DNA of 64,000 nt from Alphaproteobacteria bacterium. Its GTDB lineage: Bacteria > Pseudomonadota > Alphaproteobacteria > Bin95. Location of the stretch: the NCBI GenBank assembly GCA_965215305.1, contig OZ244041.1, positions 3,486,283 to 3,550,282 of the forward strand, written 5' to 3'. The position numbers were made by a program, and so were the translations under genes. Below the pieces are notes generated by a model. That model was given only the letters and a program-made list of their open reading frames with translations, did not search any database and was not told the DNA's origin. Shown in pieces: positions 31,777-40,956 of this stretch; position 1 is the first letter of the stretch; each line of letters opens with the position of its first letter.

Positions 31777-33012
31777 ATGGATGCCGCGATCCGGACCGCC
31801 AGCGCGATGCCCGTGCAGGAAATGGGCGTCGAGACCGACACGAGGGACTATCTGGCCCATGCCCGCGCGCATGCCCGCAAGGCGGGCTATGCCGACTGGA
31901 CGATCGTGGATATCGACGCCCACCATGTCGAGACAGTGCATTGGCACGAGATCATCGACTATATCGAGGATCCCGTGCTGCGCCACCAGGCGCAGATGTA
32001 CCAGAAGGAGCGCATCGGCGCGCCGCCCTACGGCCTCAACGGCGATCTCGGCCTGCGCTACCAGGATGTCGGCGGGCGCATTCCGCACCAGTCCTCGCGG
32101 CGCGAGAAGGTGGATGAGCCGGGCGTGCATCTCGACGTGGCGCTGACACGCCGGGCGATGGACGCGCTTTGTGTCGATTACATGGTGCTCTTCCCGACGC
32201 CGATGCTGTTCATCGGCATGCACCCGCAGGTGGAGATGGAGGCGGTGCTGTCGAACGCCTACAATCGCTGGCTGGCGGAGAATGTGCTTTCGGCCGAGGA
32301 CGGTATCCTGTCGCTCGCCGTGCTGCCCTTCAACTCGCCGGACGCCGCCTGCCGCACGGTCGAGGAATTCGGCGACAACCCGAATGTGATCGGCTTCACC
32401 GTCACCTCAACCCGCTATAAGCCGGTGCATTCCAACGAATATATGCGCCTCTACCGCATGATCGAGGAGACCGGAAAGCCCATCGCCTTCCATGCCGGCT
32501 ACCATTGGCAGGACCCCTCGCTCGCCACCTGCAACAGCTTCCTCGGCATGCACGCTCTGGGCTTCGTGTGGTGCAACCTCGTCCACATGACCAACTGGAT
32601 CCTGAACGGCATCCCCGAGCGTTTCCCGAAGCTGAACAGCCTCTGGGTCGAGAGCGGGCTTTCCTGGGTGCCGTTCCTGATGCAGCGGCTCGACGACCAG
32701 TATCTGATGCGCCAAAGCGAAGCGCCGCTGCTGACGAAGATGCCGTCCGACTATATGCGCGAATCCTGCTTCTATACCTGCCAGCCGATGGAGAAGAGCA
32801 GCGAGGTCGGGCTGAAGGCCACCCTGGAGATGATCAACGCCGAGACGCAGCTTCTCTACGCCTCGGACTGGCCGCATTTCGACTTCGATGCGCCGCGCGC
32901 GATCTACGACATCCCGTTCCTGAGCGAGGACCAGAAGCGAAACATCCTCGGCCGCAACGCCGCCCGCCTGTTCAACCTGCCGGGGAAGCAGAGCGCGCGA
33001 AAGGCGGCTTGA
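31777..33012 (+). CDS. Amidohydrolase_2-fold protein, candidate dinuclear metal oxygenase subunit
   Basis: DIDAHHVE, LFPT, AYNRWL, AFHA, ERFPKL, WVESG, ASDWPHFDFD, ILG.NA.RLF. Confidence 0.85.
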   Translation: MDAAIRTASAMPVQEMGVETDTRDYLAHARAHARKAGYADWTIVDIDAHHVETVHWHEIIDYIEDPVLRHQAQMYQKERIGAPPYGLNGDLGLRYQDVGGRIPHQSSRREKVDEPGVHLDVALTRRAMDALCVDYMVLFPTPMLFIGMHPQVEMEAVLSNAYNRWLAENVLSAEDGILSLAVLPFNSPDAACRTVEEFGDNPNVIGFTVTSTRYKPVHSNEYMRLYRMIEETGKPIAFHAGYHWQDPSLATCNSFLGMHALGFVWCNLVHMTNWILNGIPERFPKLNSLWVESGLSWVPFLMQRLDDQYLMRQSEAPLLTKMPSDYMRESCFYTCQPMEKSSEVGLKATLEMINAETQLLYASDWPHFDFDAPRAIYDIPFLSEDQKRNILGRNAARLFNLPGKQSARKAA

Positions 33013-33090
33013 CCCGGCGCCAATTCCTCCTGGGCCGTCCCTACAGGATTCACAGATCCTGTTTCTGACGGCATCGCATCATGCGCCCTA

Positions 33091-33113
33091 CCCTTGTCGC
33101 CGCGGACGGCGCG
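33091..33113. repeat. Degenerate REP-like half element
   Basis: CCCTTGTCGCCGCGGACGGCGCG versus CCCTTGTCACCCCGGACGGCGCG at 34443 (2 mismatches). Confidence 0.5.
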
Positions 33114-33191
33114 CATCCCTCCCTTGTGAGTGACAACCCGGCGCCGCATGACAAGCCAAAGGCCGGAGTGAAGCCTTTCCGGGAAACGACT

Positions 33192-34133
33192 ATGCGTAAA
33201 TCCGTCCCGGCTCTTACTGCCGCCGCTCTTGCCCTGACCGCATGTCAGACCATGAAATCGGAAACCGTCAATTACACAACCGCAAATGTACAAAACAGAT
33301 TTATTCTGAGTAACAAAACAATCACATCGTTTCCTATAACACTTTCCGGCAGATTGTGGTTGCCTGAAGGTAACGGACCATTTCCGGTTGTGGTATGGGG
33401 ACATCCGTCCACAATGGGAAGTAATAACCTGGCGCAATGGCGACGCAATCTCAGAAGTGAACTTATTTCCGAAGGCATCGGTATTTTCTTTAGTGATTCC
33501 TATACAGGACGCGGTTTGCCTCGTAGCAACACCTGGATCAAACTTAATTCCTCCAGTCGATATGTGGACGGAATACGCGCTCTTGACGCATTAGCCAAAC
33601 ATCAAAAAGTCGATCCGAAACGAATCGGTATCAGCGGAGCCAGCTTCGGAGCGAATGTCGCCATGCGGCTTCAATGGGAAACCCATATGAATCAGATACA
33701 ACCCGGCGGACCTCGGTATGCCGCCCATGTAGCGATATACCCGCCCTGCAATACCATTATCAAGGATTACAAATCCACGGGAGCACCAATGTTGATCCTT
33801 ATCGGTGAGAAAGACTGGAATTATGCCAGCCGTTGCGAAGATCGAGCGAAGGAACTCCAGAAATCTGGCGCACAAGTGAAAGTCATTATATATCCCGGTG
33901 CTTATCATTGCTTCCTTGCTTCAACGCCACCGAAAATAGTCAATAGTCCGGTTTACGGGGATTGCGGGGTCAGAATTTTTGATAAGGAAACAGGCCTCTC
34001 TACGAGAATAAATGCCAGAGACACTTGGCCTAATTGTATCAAGCCGCAAGGCATGTGTGGAGGAAATCGTACAGCTTCTGATGATGCTTTGAGGCGCACC
34101 GTTGCATTCTTTGTCAAACATTTGCGGAAGTAA
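33192..34133 (+). CDS. Dienelactone hydrolase-like alpha/beta hydrolase lipoprotein (AT-rich, likely foreign)
   Basis: Lipobox LALTAC, nucleophile elbow GASFG, GEKD, YPGAYH. Many A/T-ending codons. Confidence 0.82.
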   Translation: MRKSVPALTAAALALTACQTMKSETVNYTTANVQNRFILSNKTITSFPITLSGRLWLPEGNGPFPVVVWGHPSTMGSNNLAQWRRNLRSELISEGIGIFFSDSYTGRGLPRSNTWIKLNSSSRYVDGIRALDALAKHQKVDPKRIGISGASFGANVAMRLQWETHMNQIQPGGPRYAAHVAIYPPCNTIIKDYKSTGAPMLILIGEKDWNYASRCEDRAKELQKSGAQVKVIIYPGAYHCFLASTPPKIVNSPVYGDCGVRIFDKETGLSTRINARDTWPNCIKPQGMCGGNRTASDDALRRTVAFFVKHLRK

Positions 34134-34285
34134 CCGGATCAGTCCTGTTCATCACGCAAGTATATAATTCCTTATCCGAAGGGGTTTTTCTATACTCCCC
34201 GGCGTGGCCGCAACGCCACTGTCACGTCGGACGGCGCATGCCTCCCCCGCGTCGTTCCCAACTTCCTTTTGTTCTCTCGCCCCTT

Positions 34286-34487
34286 TTGTCACCCCCGCGA
34301 AAGCGGGGGCCCTGCCGAGGGGTACCGGCATTTCTGGGTCCCGGATCAAGTCCGGGACGACAAGTGGGGGGAGCAGGGGCGGTCCCTCCCCCTATCGCCG
34401 CAGATGGGGCGCAATCCCTCTGGTCACCCCGGACGGAGCACCCCCTTGTCACCCCGGACGGCGCGTCAGCGCCGAGCCGGGGTCCAG
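34286..34487. repeat. Cluster of alphaproteobacterial REP-like palindromic elements
   Basis: Hairpins CCCCCGC-GAAA-GCGGGGG (34292-34309) and GTCCCGGA-TCAAG-TCCGGGAC (34338-34358) lie inside TTGTC...GACAA. GTCACCCCGGACGG occurs in tandem at 34423 and 34448. Sequence is shared with 45144-45265. Confidence 0.85.
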
Positions 34488-34885
34488 GCGACCGGGCCGG
34501 CAAGTGTCCACCAGGTATTCTAGGTATTTTTTCTCATAAAAGCTTGACATCCGGAAATCCATGATAGGATGGGCGGAGAGGAGGGAGCCGGCATCCATGG
34601 GGCCGGTTTGCCTCCTCTTTTTCGCGCCGGCGCGAAAAATTCCCGAAGAAACAGGAGGGAGAAGTATGTCCTCAATCCGCCTTGCGCGCGCGGGCGCAAT
34701 CAGGTGCGCGAACCGCGCCGGCGCTGCCATGCGCCCGCGCGCAGGCGAAACGCGCGCGATGCAGGGTCCCGGCGCCGGCGGGGAGCGAAAGGAGGCCTCA
34801 TGCCGGAAGTGAACAGGGGCTATACGCCGCCAGCATGCGAATCATGACATTTCGCATGGAGGCTCCGCGGGGCGGCGATGAGCCG

Positions 34886-35221
34886 TCAGGTCACCAGTTC
34901 GAGCCGGCGTTCGATCACGGACAGCACGTCGCGGATATTCTGGCCTCGCTTCAGCAGCCGGGGGCCTTCGCTCACCGAGTATTCCGCCGCCGAGCGTCCC
35001 TTGCGCCCGGTCTTGGCCACCCTGTAGAGGGGCGCTTCGGAACTATGCCGGAAAATCGAAAACACGGCCCGGTCTCGCTGGAAGTCTATCGCGTAATCCC
35101 GCCAGTCCCCTGCCGACACGCGCCGACTATAGACATTCATCAAATGGCGAAGCTCTCTCTTGTCGAAACATACCAGCTTCGCCGGGCGATATTGATTTTC
35201 GAGTGCGACGACCTCTCCCAT
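34886..35221 (-). CDS. DUF2794 family protein
   Basis: FDKREL..LMNVY.R.V.AG.WRDYAID...AVFSIFR...E.PLYR..K, LKRG. Confidence 0.85.
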   Translation of the reverse strand: MGEVVALENQYRPAKLVCFDKRELRHLMNVYSRRVSAGDWRDYAIDFQRDRAVFSIFRHSSEAPLYRVAKTGRKGRSAAEYSVSEGPRLLKRGQNIRDVLSVIERRLELVT

Positions 35222-35378
35222 ATTCCCCTCTGTCCTCCCTGCTGGACGGCGACGTCCATGCTGCCCCGAAACTCCGGGCGGCGTCCAGACGAAATATGTT
35301 GAATCCGTGACTGCCGGCAGCGTTTGCGCGGACAGGCCGGGGAAAGCTATAAGGCGGCGGCGGTTCGGGAGAGGCAGT

Positions 35379-36017
35379 GTGGCCGATATCTTTCGCGAGG
35401 TGGACGAGGAAGTCCGCGCCGAACGCGCCAGGACGCTCTGGCAAAAATACGGCGTCCTGGTCGTTGGGGCGGCGGTGCTGGCCGTGTTGGCTGTGGGCGG
35501 CTTCCAGTTCTGGAAGCATATGCAGGCGGAGTCCGCCGCCGAGGCGAGCCTGCGTCTCGAAGAGGCAGCGGCGCTGGCGGCGGAGGACAAGCCGGCCGAC
35601 GCCGCGGCGGTCTTTGCGGCGCTGGCGGCGGAGGGCGGCGGAGCCGGACTGCTGGCGCGGTTCGGCGAAGCGGCGGAACTGGCCCGACAGGGTGACGCGG
35701 ACGCGGCGCTAGCGCGCTACGGGGCGCTGGCGGCCGATGAGGACGCCGCCCCGGTCTATCGCGATCTGGCGCGGCTGTTCCGGGGCATGATCGAACTGGA
35801 TGCCGGCCGGCCGGAAGCGGCGATCGCGGCGCTGGACGGCTTCTCGGGCGCGTTGCGCTATTCCGCGGCCGAGACGGTTGCGGCGGCGCGGGCGGCGCTA
35901 GGGGAAACGACGGCGGCGATCGCAGGCTTCAAGGCGCTGGCAGACGATCCCGAGGCCCCTGCCGGCGTGCGCCGACGGGCGGCGGAAATGCTGGCTGCGT
36001 TGGGAGACGCCTCATGA
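35379..36017 (+). CDS. YfgM-like / TPR-like membrane-anchored protein
   Basis: DIFREVDEEVR.E....LW..YG, one TM segment and a helical domain. First gene of the conserved yfgM-bamB-der cluster. Confidence 0.85.
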   Translation: MADIFREVDEEVRAERARTLWQKYGVLVVGAAVLAVLAVGGFQFWKHMQAESAAEASLRLEEAAALAAEDKPADAAAVFAALAAEGGGAGLLARFGEAAELARQGDADAALARYGALAADEDAAPVYRDLARLFRGMIELDAGRPEAAIAALDGFSGALRYSAAETVAAARAALGETTAAIAGFKALADDPEAPAGVRRRAAEMLAALGDAS

Positions 36018-37333
36018 GACAGGCACTGCTGCTGCTGGCCGGGGGCGTATTCCTGCTCGCCGGCTGCGGATCGGACGGCTGGTTCGGCGAATCCGAAGAC
36101 CCGGCCCTGCCGGGCGAGCGTATCGCCGTGCTGGCGCTGGACCGCGCGCTTAAGAGCGACCCGGAGGCAGCGGCGCGCCCGATGGCGCTGCCCGAGCCGA
36201 TCGCCAATGCGGACTGGCCGCAGGCCGGCGGGGCGCCCTTCCACGCTATCGGCCATCCCGCGCTCGGCCCGGTTTCAGGGGCCGCCTGGTCGCGCCCCGT
36301 CGGCGCGGGCGCCGGCGAAGGCCGGCGCGCGATGGCGCAGCCCGTTGTCGCCGGGGGCCGGGTTTACGCCATGGACGCCGTCGGCGACGTCAGCGCCTTC
36401 GGTTTGCAGGACGGCCGCGAATTATGGTCGGTCGAGGCCCGGCCCGAGGACGAGGAAGACGCCTCCGGCGGCGGCGTCGCCGTCGCGGGCGGACGCCTGT
36501 TTGCAGCGACGGGCTATGCCGAGGCGCTGGCGATGGATGCCGCCTCCGGGGCCATTGCATGGCGCCAGACACTGTCGGCCCCGGCCCGCGGCGCGCCGAC
36601 GGTGGAGGGCGGCCGGGTCTATGTCGCAACGCTCGACAACAAGACCCATGCGCTGGACGCCGCAGACGGCAGCCCGCTGTGGACGCATGATTCGATCGAG
36701 GAGCAGACGGCGCTCCTCGGCGGCGCAAGTCCGGCGGTCGCACAGGGCGCGGCCGTCACGGCCTATTCTTCGGGCGAAATCGTGGCGCTCAAGGTGGAGA
36801 ACGGCCGGGAGCTCTGGTCCGACAACCTGACAGCGGCCCGCCGGGCGGACTTCATCGCGGCGCTGGCGGATGTCCAGGCTGCCCCGGTCGTTCATGACGG
36901 GCGGCTCTTTGCGCTCAGCAATTCCGGGCGCGCCGGCGCCATCGACATGCGGAGCGGCAGGCGCATCTGGAGCAAGGAATTCGGCGGCCTGCACATGCCG
37001 TGGCTCGCTGGCGCCTACCTCTTCACGGTGACAGAACGGGGCGAAGTCCTGGCGGCGGAGGCCGCGACGGGTGCCGTGCGCTGGGTCATGCCGCTCGCGC
37101 GCTATGAGGACGAGGAGGACCGCACAGACCGGATCGACTGGGCGGGCCCGGTACTGGCCGGCGGGCGGCTGGTGCTGGCCGGCTCGCATGGGGAGGTCGT
37201 CTTCCTCAATCCCGGGACGGGCGCGAAAGCCGGGATGCTCGATACCGGACGGCCCCACCGCCTGGCGCCTGTCGTCGCGGCCGGGACGCTGCTGCTGCTC
37301 GACGACGACGGCGTGCTGACCGCGTATCGCTGA
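36014..37333 (+). CDS. BamB-like PQQ-repeat beta-propeller lipoprotein
   Basis: Lipobox LLAGC, LPGERI, repeated A.D...G...W propeller motifs. Directly upstream of der. Confidence 0.88.
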   Translation: MRQALLLLAGGVFLLAGCGSDGWFGESEDPALPGERIAVLALDRALKSDPEAAARPMALPEPIANADWPQAGGAPFHAIGHPALGPVSGAAWSRPVGAGAGEGRRAMAQPVVAGGRVYAMDAVGDVSAFGLQDGRELWSVEARPEDEEDASGGGVAVAGGRLFAATGYAEALAMDAASGAIAWRQTLSAPARGAPTVEGGRVYVATLDNKTHALDAADGSPLWTHDSIEEQTALLGGASPAVAQGAAVTAYSSGEIVALKVENGRELWSDNLTAARRADFIAALADVQAAPVVHDGRLFALSNSGRAGAIDMRSGRRIWSKEFGGLHMPWLAGAYLFTVTERGEVLAAEAATGAVRWVMPLARYEDEEDRTDRIDWAGPVLAGGRLVLAGSHGEVVFLNPGTGAKAGMLDTGRPHRLAPVVAAGTLLLLDDDGVLTAYR

Positions 37334-37339
37334 TCGCTC

Positions 37340-38695
37340 ATGGCAGGCGCCGTTATCGCCATTGTCGGACGGCCCAATGTCGGCAAATCGACGCTGTTCA
37401 ACCGGCTCGTCGGCCGGCGCGAGGCGATCGTGGACGACCGGCCGGGCGTGACACGCGACCGGCGCGAGGGCGCGGCATCGCTGGGTGGGACGGAATTCAC
37501 GGTGGTGGATACCGCCGGGCTGGAGGACGCGCCTGCGGGCGCGCTGGAAGCCGCCATGCGCCTCCAGACCGAGGCCGCGCTCTCAGGGGCGGATGCAGCG
37601 CTCTTCCTGATCGACGCGCGCGCCGGCGTGACGGCGCTGGACCGGCATTTCGCCGCCTGGCTGCGGCGGGGGCCTGCGCCGGTCGTGCTCGCCGCGAACA
37701 AGGCCGAGTCCGGACGCGGCATGGAAGGCGCGCTCGAAGCCTATGAACTCGGTTTCGACGCGCCGGTGGCCATTTCGGCGGAGCATGGCGAGGGTCTGGC
37801 GGACCTCTACCAGGCGCTCGCGCCCTTCATCGAAGCGCCCGCCCCGGAACACGAAGGAGACGATGACGAAGCAGAAGGCCCTCTCCGACTCGCTATAGTG
37901 GGCCGGCCGAATGTGGGCAAATCGACGCTTATCAACCGCCTGCTTGGCGAGGACCGCCTGCTGACCGGGCCCGAGCCGGGCGTGACCCGTGATGCCATTG
38001 CCGTCGATTTGGTCTGGAAGGGCCAGCCCGTGCGCCTGGTGGACACGGCCGGGCTGCGCCGCCGCGCCCGCGTTCGGGACCGGATCGAACGGCTCTCGGC
38101 GGCGGATACCGACCGCGCCATTCGCTTCGCCGAGGTGGTCGTGCTGCTGCTTGACCCCGCAGACGGGCTGGAGCGACAGGACCTCTCCATCGCCGCCCGG
38201 ACGATAGAGGAAGGCCGCGCCCTCGCGATCGCGGCGAACAAGTGGGACCTCGTCCGCGATCCTTCGGAAGCACTCGGCGCCTTGCGGGACCGGGTCGAGC
38301 TCTCCCTGCCGCAGGTGCGCAATGTGCCCCTGCTGACCGTGTCCGCCGTCACCGGGCGCGGCATCGACCGGCTGGTGCGCACGGCGTTCGAGAGCCGCGC
38401 GGTCTGGAGCCGGCGCATCCCGACAGGGGCTCTCAACCGCTGGCTTCAGGACGCGCTGGAGGCGCATCCGCCGCCTATCGTCAAGGGCAGGCGCCTCAAG
38501 CTGCGCTACGCCGCCCAGATCAAGCGCCGGCCGCCGACCGTGGCAATTTTCGGCTCGCGCCCCTCTGCCGTGCCGGAGTCCTATGTCCGCTACCTCACCA
38601 ACGGCCTCCGGCGCGATTTCGACCTGCCGGGCGTGCCCATCCGCATCCTGCTCCGCGCCGCCGCCAACCCCTATGCAGAGGAGGGACAGCGATAA
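37340..38695 (+). CDS. der: Ribosome biogenesis GTPase Der (EngA)
   Basis: Two G domains ([21 protein letters not shown]) and a C-terminal KH-like domain. Confidence 0.97.
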   Translation: MAGAVIAIVGRPNVGKSTLFNRLVGRREAIVDDRPGVTRDRREGAASLGGTEFTVVDTAGLEDAPAGALEAAMRLQTEAALSGADAALFLIDARAGVTALDRHFAAWLRRGPAPVVLAANKAESGRGMEGALEAYELGFDAPVAISAEHGEGLADLYQALAPFIEAPAPEHEGDDDEAEGPLRLAIVGRPNVGKSTLINRLLGEDRLLTGPEPGVTRDAIAVDLVWKGQPVRLVDTAGLRRRARVRDRIERLSAADTDRAIRFAEVVVLLLDPADGLERQDLSIAARTIEEGRALAIAANKWDLVRDPSEALGALRDRVELSLPQVRNVPLLTVSAVTGRGIDRLVRTAFESRAVWSRRIPTGALNRWLQDALEAHPPPIVKGRRLKLRYAAQIKRRPPTVAIFGSRPSAVPESYVRYLTNGLRRDFDLPGVPIRILLRAAANPYAEEGQR

Positions 38696-38699
38696 CGGG

Positions 38700-38807
38700 C
38701 CGTTTGTCGCTCAGATTCTCCGTTTTGTGAGCGACAAACCAGTTTGTTGTTCATCCATGAGCGACAAAGCCGTTTGCCGCTCATATTTGCCGGCTTGTGA
38801 ACGACAA
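38700..38807. repeat. Array of three tandem inverted repeats (GTTTGTCGCTCA / TGAGCGACAAAC)
   Basis: Arms at 38702-13/38728-39, 38742-53/38758-68 and 38772-83/38798-807. Loops of 14, 4 and 14 nt. Confidence 0.8.
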
Positions 38808-38885
38808 GAGCGGCACTCGTCATGCCTTGCCTCGCGCCGGCACTCGCTGGCATGGTCCGGACATCGCAGCAGGAGGCCGCTTACC

Positions 38886-39869
38886 GTGGCGCGCTATCGT
38901 ATTTTCGGTTCGGAACTTTCGCCCTATTCGGTGAAGATCCGCGCCTGGTTCCGCTACAAGGGCATCGCGCATGACTGGCTGATGCGCACGCCCGAAAACC
39001 GGGCGGAATACGAGGCCCATGCGCGGCTGCCGCTCGTGCCGCTGGTCATCACGCCCGATGGCGAGGGCATCCAGGACTCGACGCCCATCATGGAACGGTT
39101 CGAGACCGCCGTTCCGGAGCCAGCGACACGGCCCGCCGACCCGACGCTCGCCTTCCTCTCCGCGCTGCTGGAGGAATATGGCGACGAGTGGGGCAACAAG
39201 CACATGTTCCACTATCGCTGGCGCGATGAGGAGGACCAGGTCTCGGCGGCGGCGCGCATCGCCCGCTCCATGCTGCCGGATGCGGAGGAGGACGCGGTCG
39301 CCGCGCGCGCCCGGGCGGTGCGGGAACGCATGGTGCCGCGGGTGAGTTTCGTCGGCTCCTCGCCGGAAACGGCGCCGATCATCGAGGCGTCCTTCGCCCG
39401 CCAACTGGAATTGCTGGAGGCGCATCTGGAGGGCCGCCGCTACCTGTTCGGCGCCCGCCCGGCTTTCGCGGATTTCGGCATCGCCGCGCAGGTCTGGGAA
39501 GCCTGGACCGACCCGACCGGCAGCCGCCTCGTGCCGTCGCGCACGCGGGACTGGTGCCAGAGGATGCAGGACCCCGAGAATGAAGGCCCGTTCGAGACCT
39601 GGAACACGCTCGCGCCGACGCTCGAGCCGCTGCTGGCCGAGGAGGTCGGCGCGCGCTTCCTGCCCTGGTCGGACGCCAATGCACGGGCCATCGCCGACGG
39701 CGCGGAGAGCTTCGCCGTGGAGGTCGCCGGCGGGCGCTGGACGCAGGCGCCACAGCGCTATCATGCCCGTTCGCTCCGCGCGCTGCGGGAGAAATACGCC
39801 GCGCTCGCCGACCGCAGGGCGCTCGACCCGGTGCTGGAGGCCGCCGGCTGCCGCGCCTGGCTCGGTTGA
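38886..39869 (+). CDS. Glutathione S-transferase family protein
   Basis: GSELSPYSVKIR, LVPLV, QDSTPI, YLFG.RP..ADFG. GTG start. Confidence 0.88.
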   Translation: MARYRIFGSELSPYSVKIRAWFRYKGIAHDWLMRTPENRAEYEAHARLPLVPLVITPDGEGIQDSTPIMERFETAVPEPATRPADPTLAFLSALLEEYGDEWGNKHMFHYRWRDEEDQVSAAARIARSMLPDAEEDAVAARARAVRERMVPRVSFVGSSPETAPIIEASFARQLELLEAHLEGRRYLFGARPAFADFGIAAQVWEAWTDPTGSRLVPSRTRDWCQRMQDPENEGPFETWNTLAPTLEPLLAEEVGARFLPWSDANARAIADGAESFAVEVAGGRWTQAPQRYHARSLRALREKYAALADRRALDPVLEAAGCRAWLG

Positions 39870-39937
39870 ACTGGCGCGCCGGAGGCAAAGGCGCTATCGA
39901 TTCCCTACCTTTCCGAAAGGCGTCGGGAGCCGGACAT

Positions 39938-40927
39938 ATGAGCGAGATGCGGGCGTGGCGGGTGCGCGAATTCTGCGAGCCCGAGGACATGGCGTTCGAG
40001 ACTGTGGCGCGTCCGGAGCCAGGACCGGGCGAGGCGCTGGTCAAGGTCCATACGGCCGCGCTCAACTTCTTCGATATCCTGATGATCCAAGGCAAATACC
40101 AGCTAAAGCCCGGCTTCCCCTTCACGCCCGGCTGCGAGTTCTCGGGCGAGGTGGTGGCGACAGGCCCCGGCTCCGGTTGGAAGATCGGCCAGCGCGTCGC
40201 GGCGCAGCCCAATTGGGGCGCTTTCGCCGAGTTCGCGCTGGTGGACGACCTGAACGCCAACCCGGTGCCGGACGGCGTCGTGATGGACCTCGCCGCCTGC
40301 GTGCCGGTGGTCTATCCGACCGGGCATATCGCGCTCGGCCGGCGCGGCGGCCTCAAGGCCGGGGAGTGGCTGCTGGTTACGGCCGGGGCGGGCGGCGTCG
40401 GGCTTGCGGCGGTCCAGATCGGCAGGGCCTGGGGCGCGCGCGTGATCGCGCTCGCGGGCGGCGAGGAGAAGCTTGCCGTCTGCCGCGCGCATGGCGCCGA
40501 ACTTGCGCTCGACTACACCGAAGAGGGCTGGGTCGAGGCGGTGCGCGAGGCGACCGGCGGGCGCGGCGCGGATGTCATCTTCGATCCTGTGGGCGGCGAG
40601 GTATTCAATCTCGCGCTCAAGGTCATCGCGGTCGAGGGCCGCGCGCTCATCATCGGCTTCGCCGGCGGCGCCATTCAGCAGATCGCCGCCAATCGCCTCC
40701 TGCTGAAGAACGCCTCGGCCGTCGGCGCCATCTGGGGTGGCTATTTCCGCAGCCATCCCGAATACACCCACGAGGTGGTGGCGGACTGCTACGCCATGCT
40801 CGCGCGCGGCGAGATCGATCCCGTCGTCTCTGCCCGCTACCCGCTCGACGAACTGCCGGCTGCGCTTCGCGCGCTCGCCTCGCGCCGCACATGGGGCAAG
40901 GTGCTGCTGGACGTGCAATCGGGTTAG
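39938..40927 (+). CDS. NADPH:quinone oxidoreductase-like MDR family protein
   Basis: LNFFD....GKYQ, PFTPG.E.SG, AGAGGVG, IGFAGG, GKVLL. Confidence 0.9.
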   Translation: MSEMRAWRVREFCEPEDMAFETVARPEPGPGEALVKVHTAALNFFDILMIQGKYQLKPGFPFTPGCEFSGEVVATGPGSGWKIGQRVAAQPNWGAFAEFALVDDLNANPVPDGVVMDLAACVPVVYPTGHIALGRRGGLKAGEWLLVTAGAGGVGLAAVQIGRAWGARVIALAGGEEKLAVCRAHGAELALDYTEEGWVEAVREATGGRGADVIFDPVGGEVFNLALKVIAVEGRALIIGFAGGAIQQIAANRLLLKNASAVGAIWGGYFRSHPEYTHEVVADCYAMLARGEIDPVVSARYPLDELPAALRALASRRTWGKVLLDVQSG

Positions 40928-40956
40928 GCCGGGTTACCGGCGCTGGAGACCGCATC

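Noticed and set aside
33042-33062. Palindrome ACAGGAT-TCACAG-ATCCTGT after the amidohydrolase gene
   Set aside because: It could be a weak terminator or an operator, but a 7-bp stem with a short T-run is not enough evidence to call.
38700-38807. CRISPR array or Rho-independent terminator interpretation of the repeat cluster
   Set aside because: The arms are 12-bp inverted pairs with short loops. There are no unique ~30-nt spacers, no cas genes and no poly-U tail.
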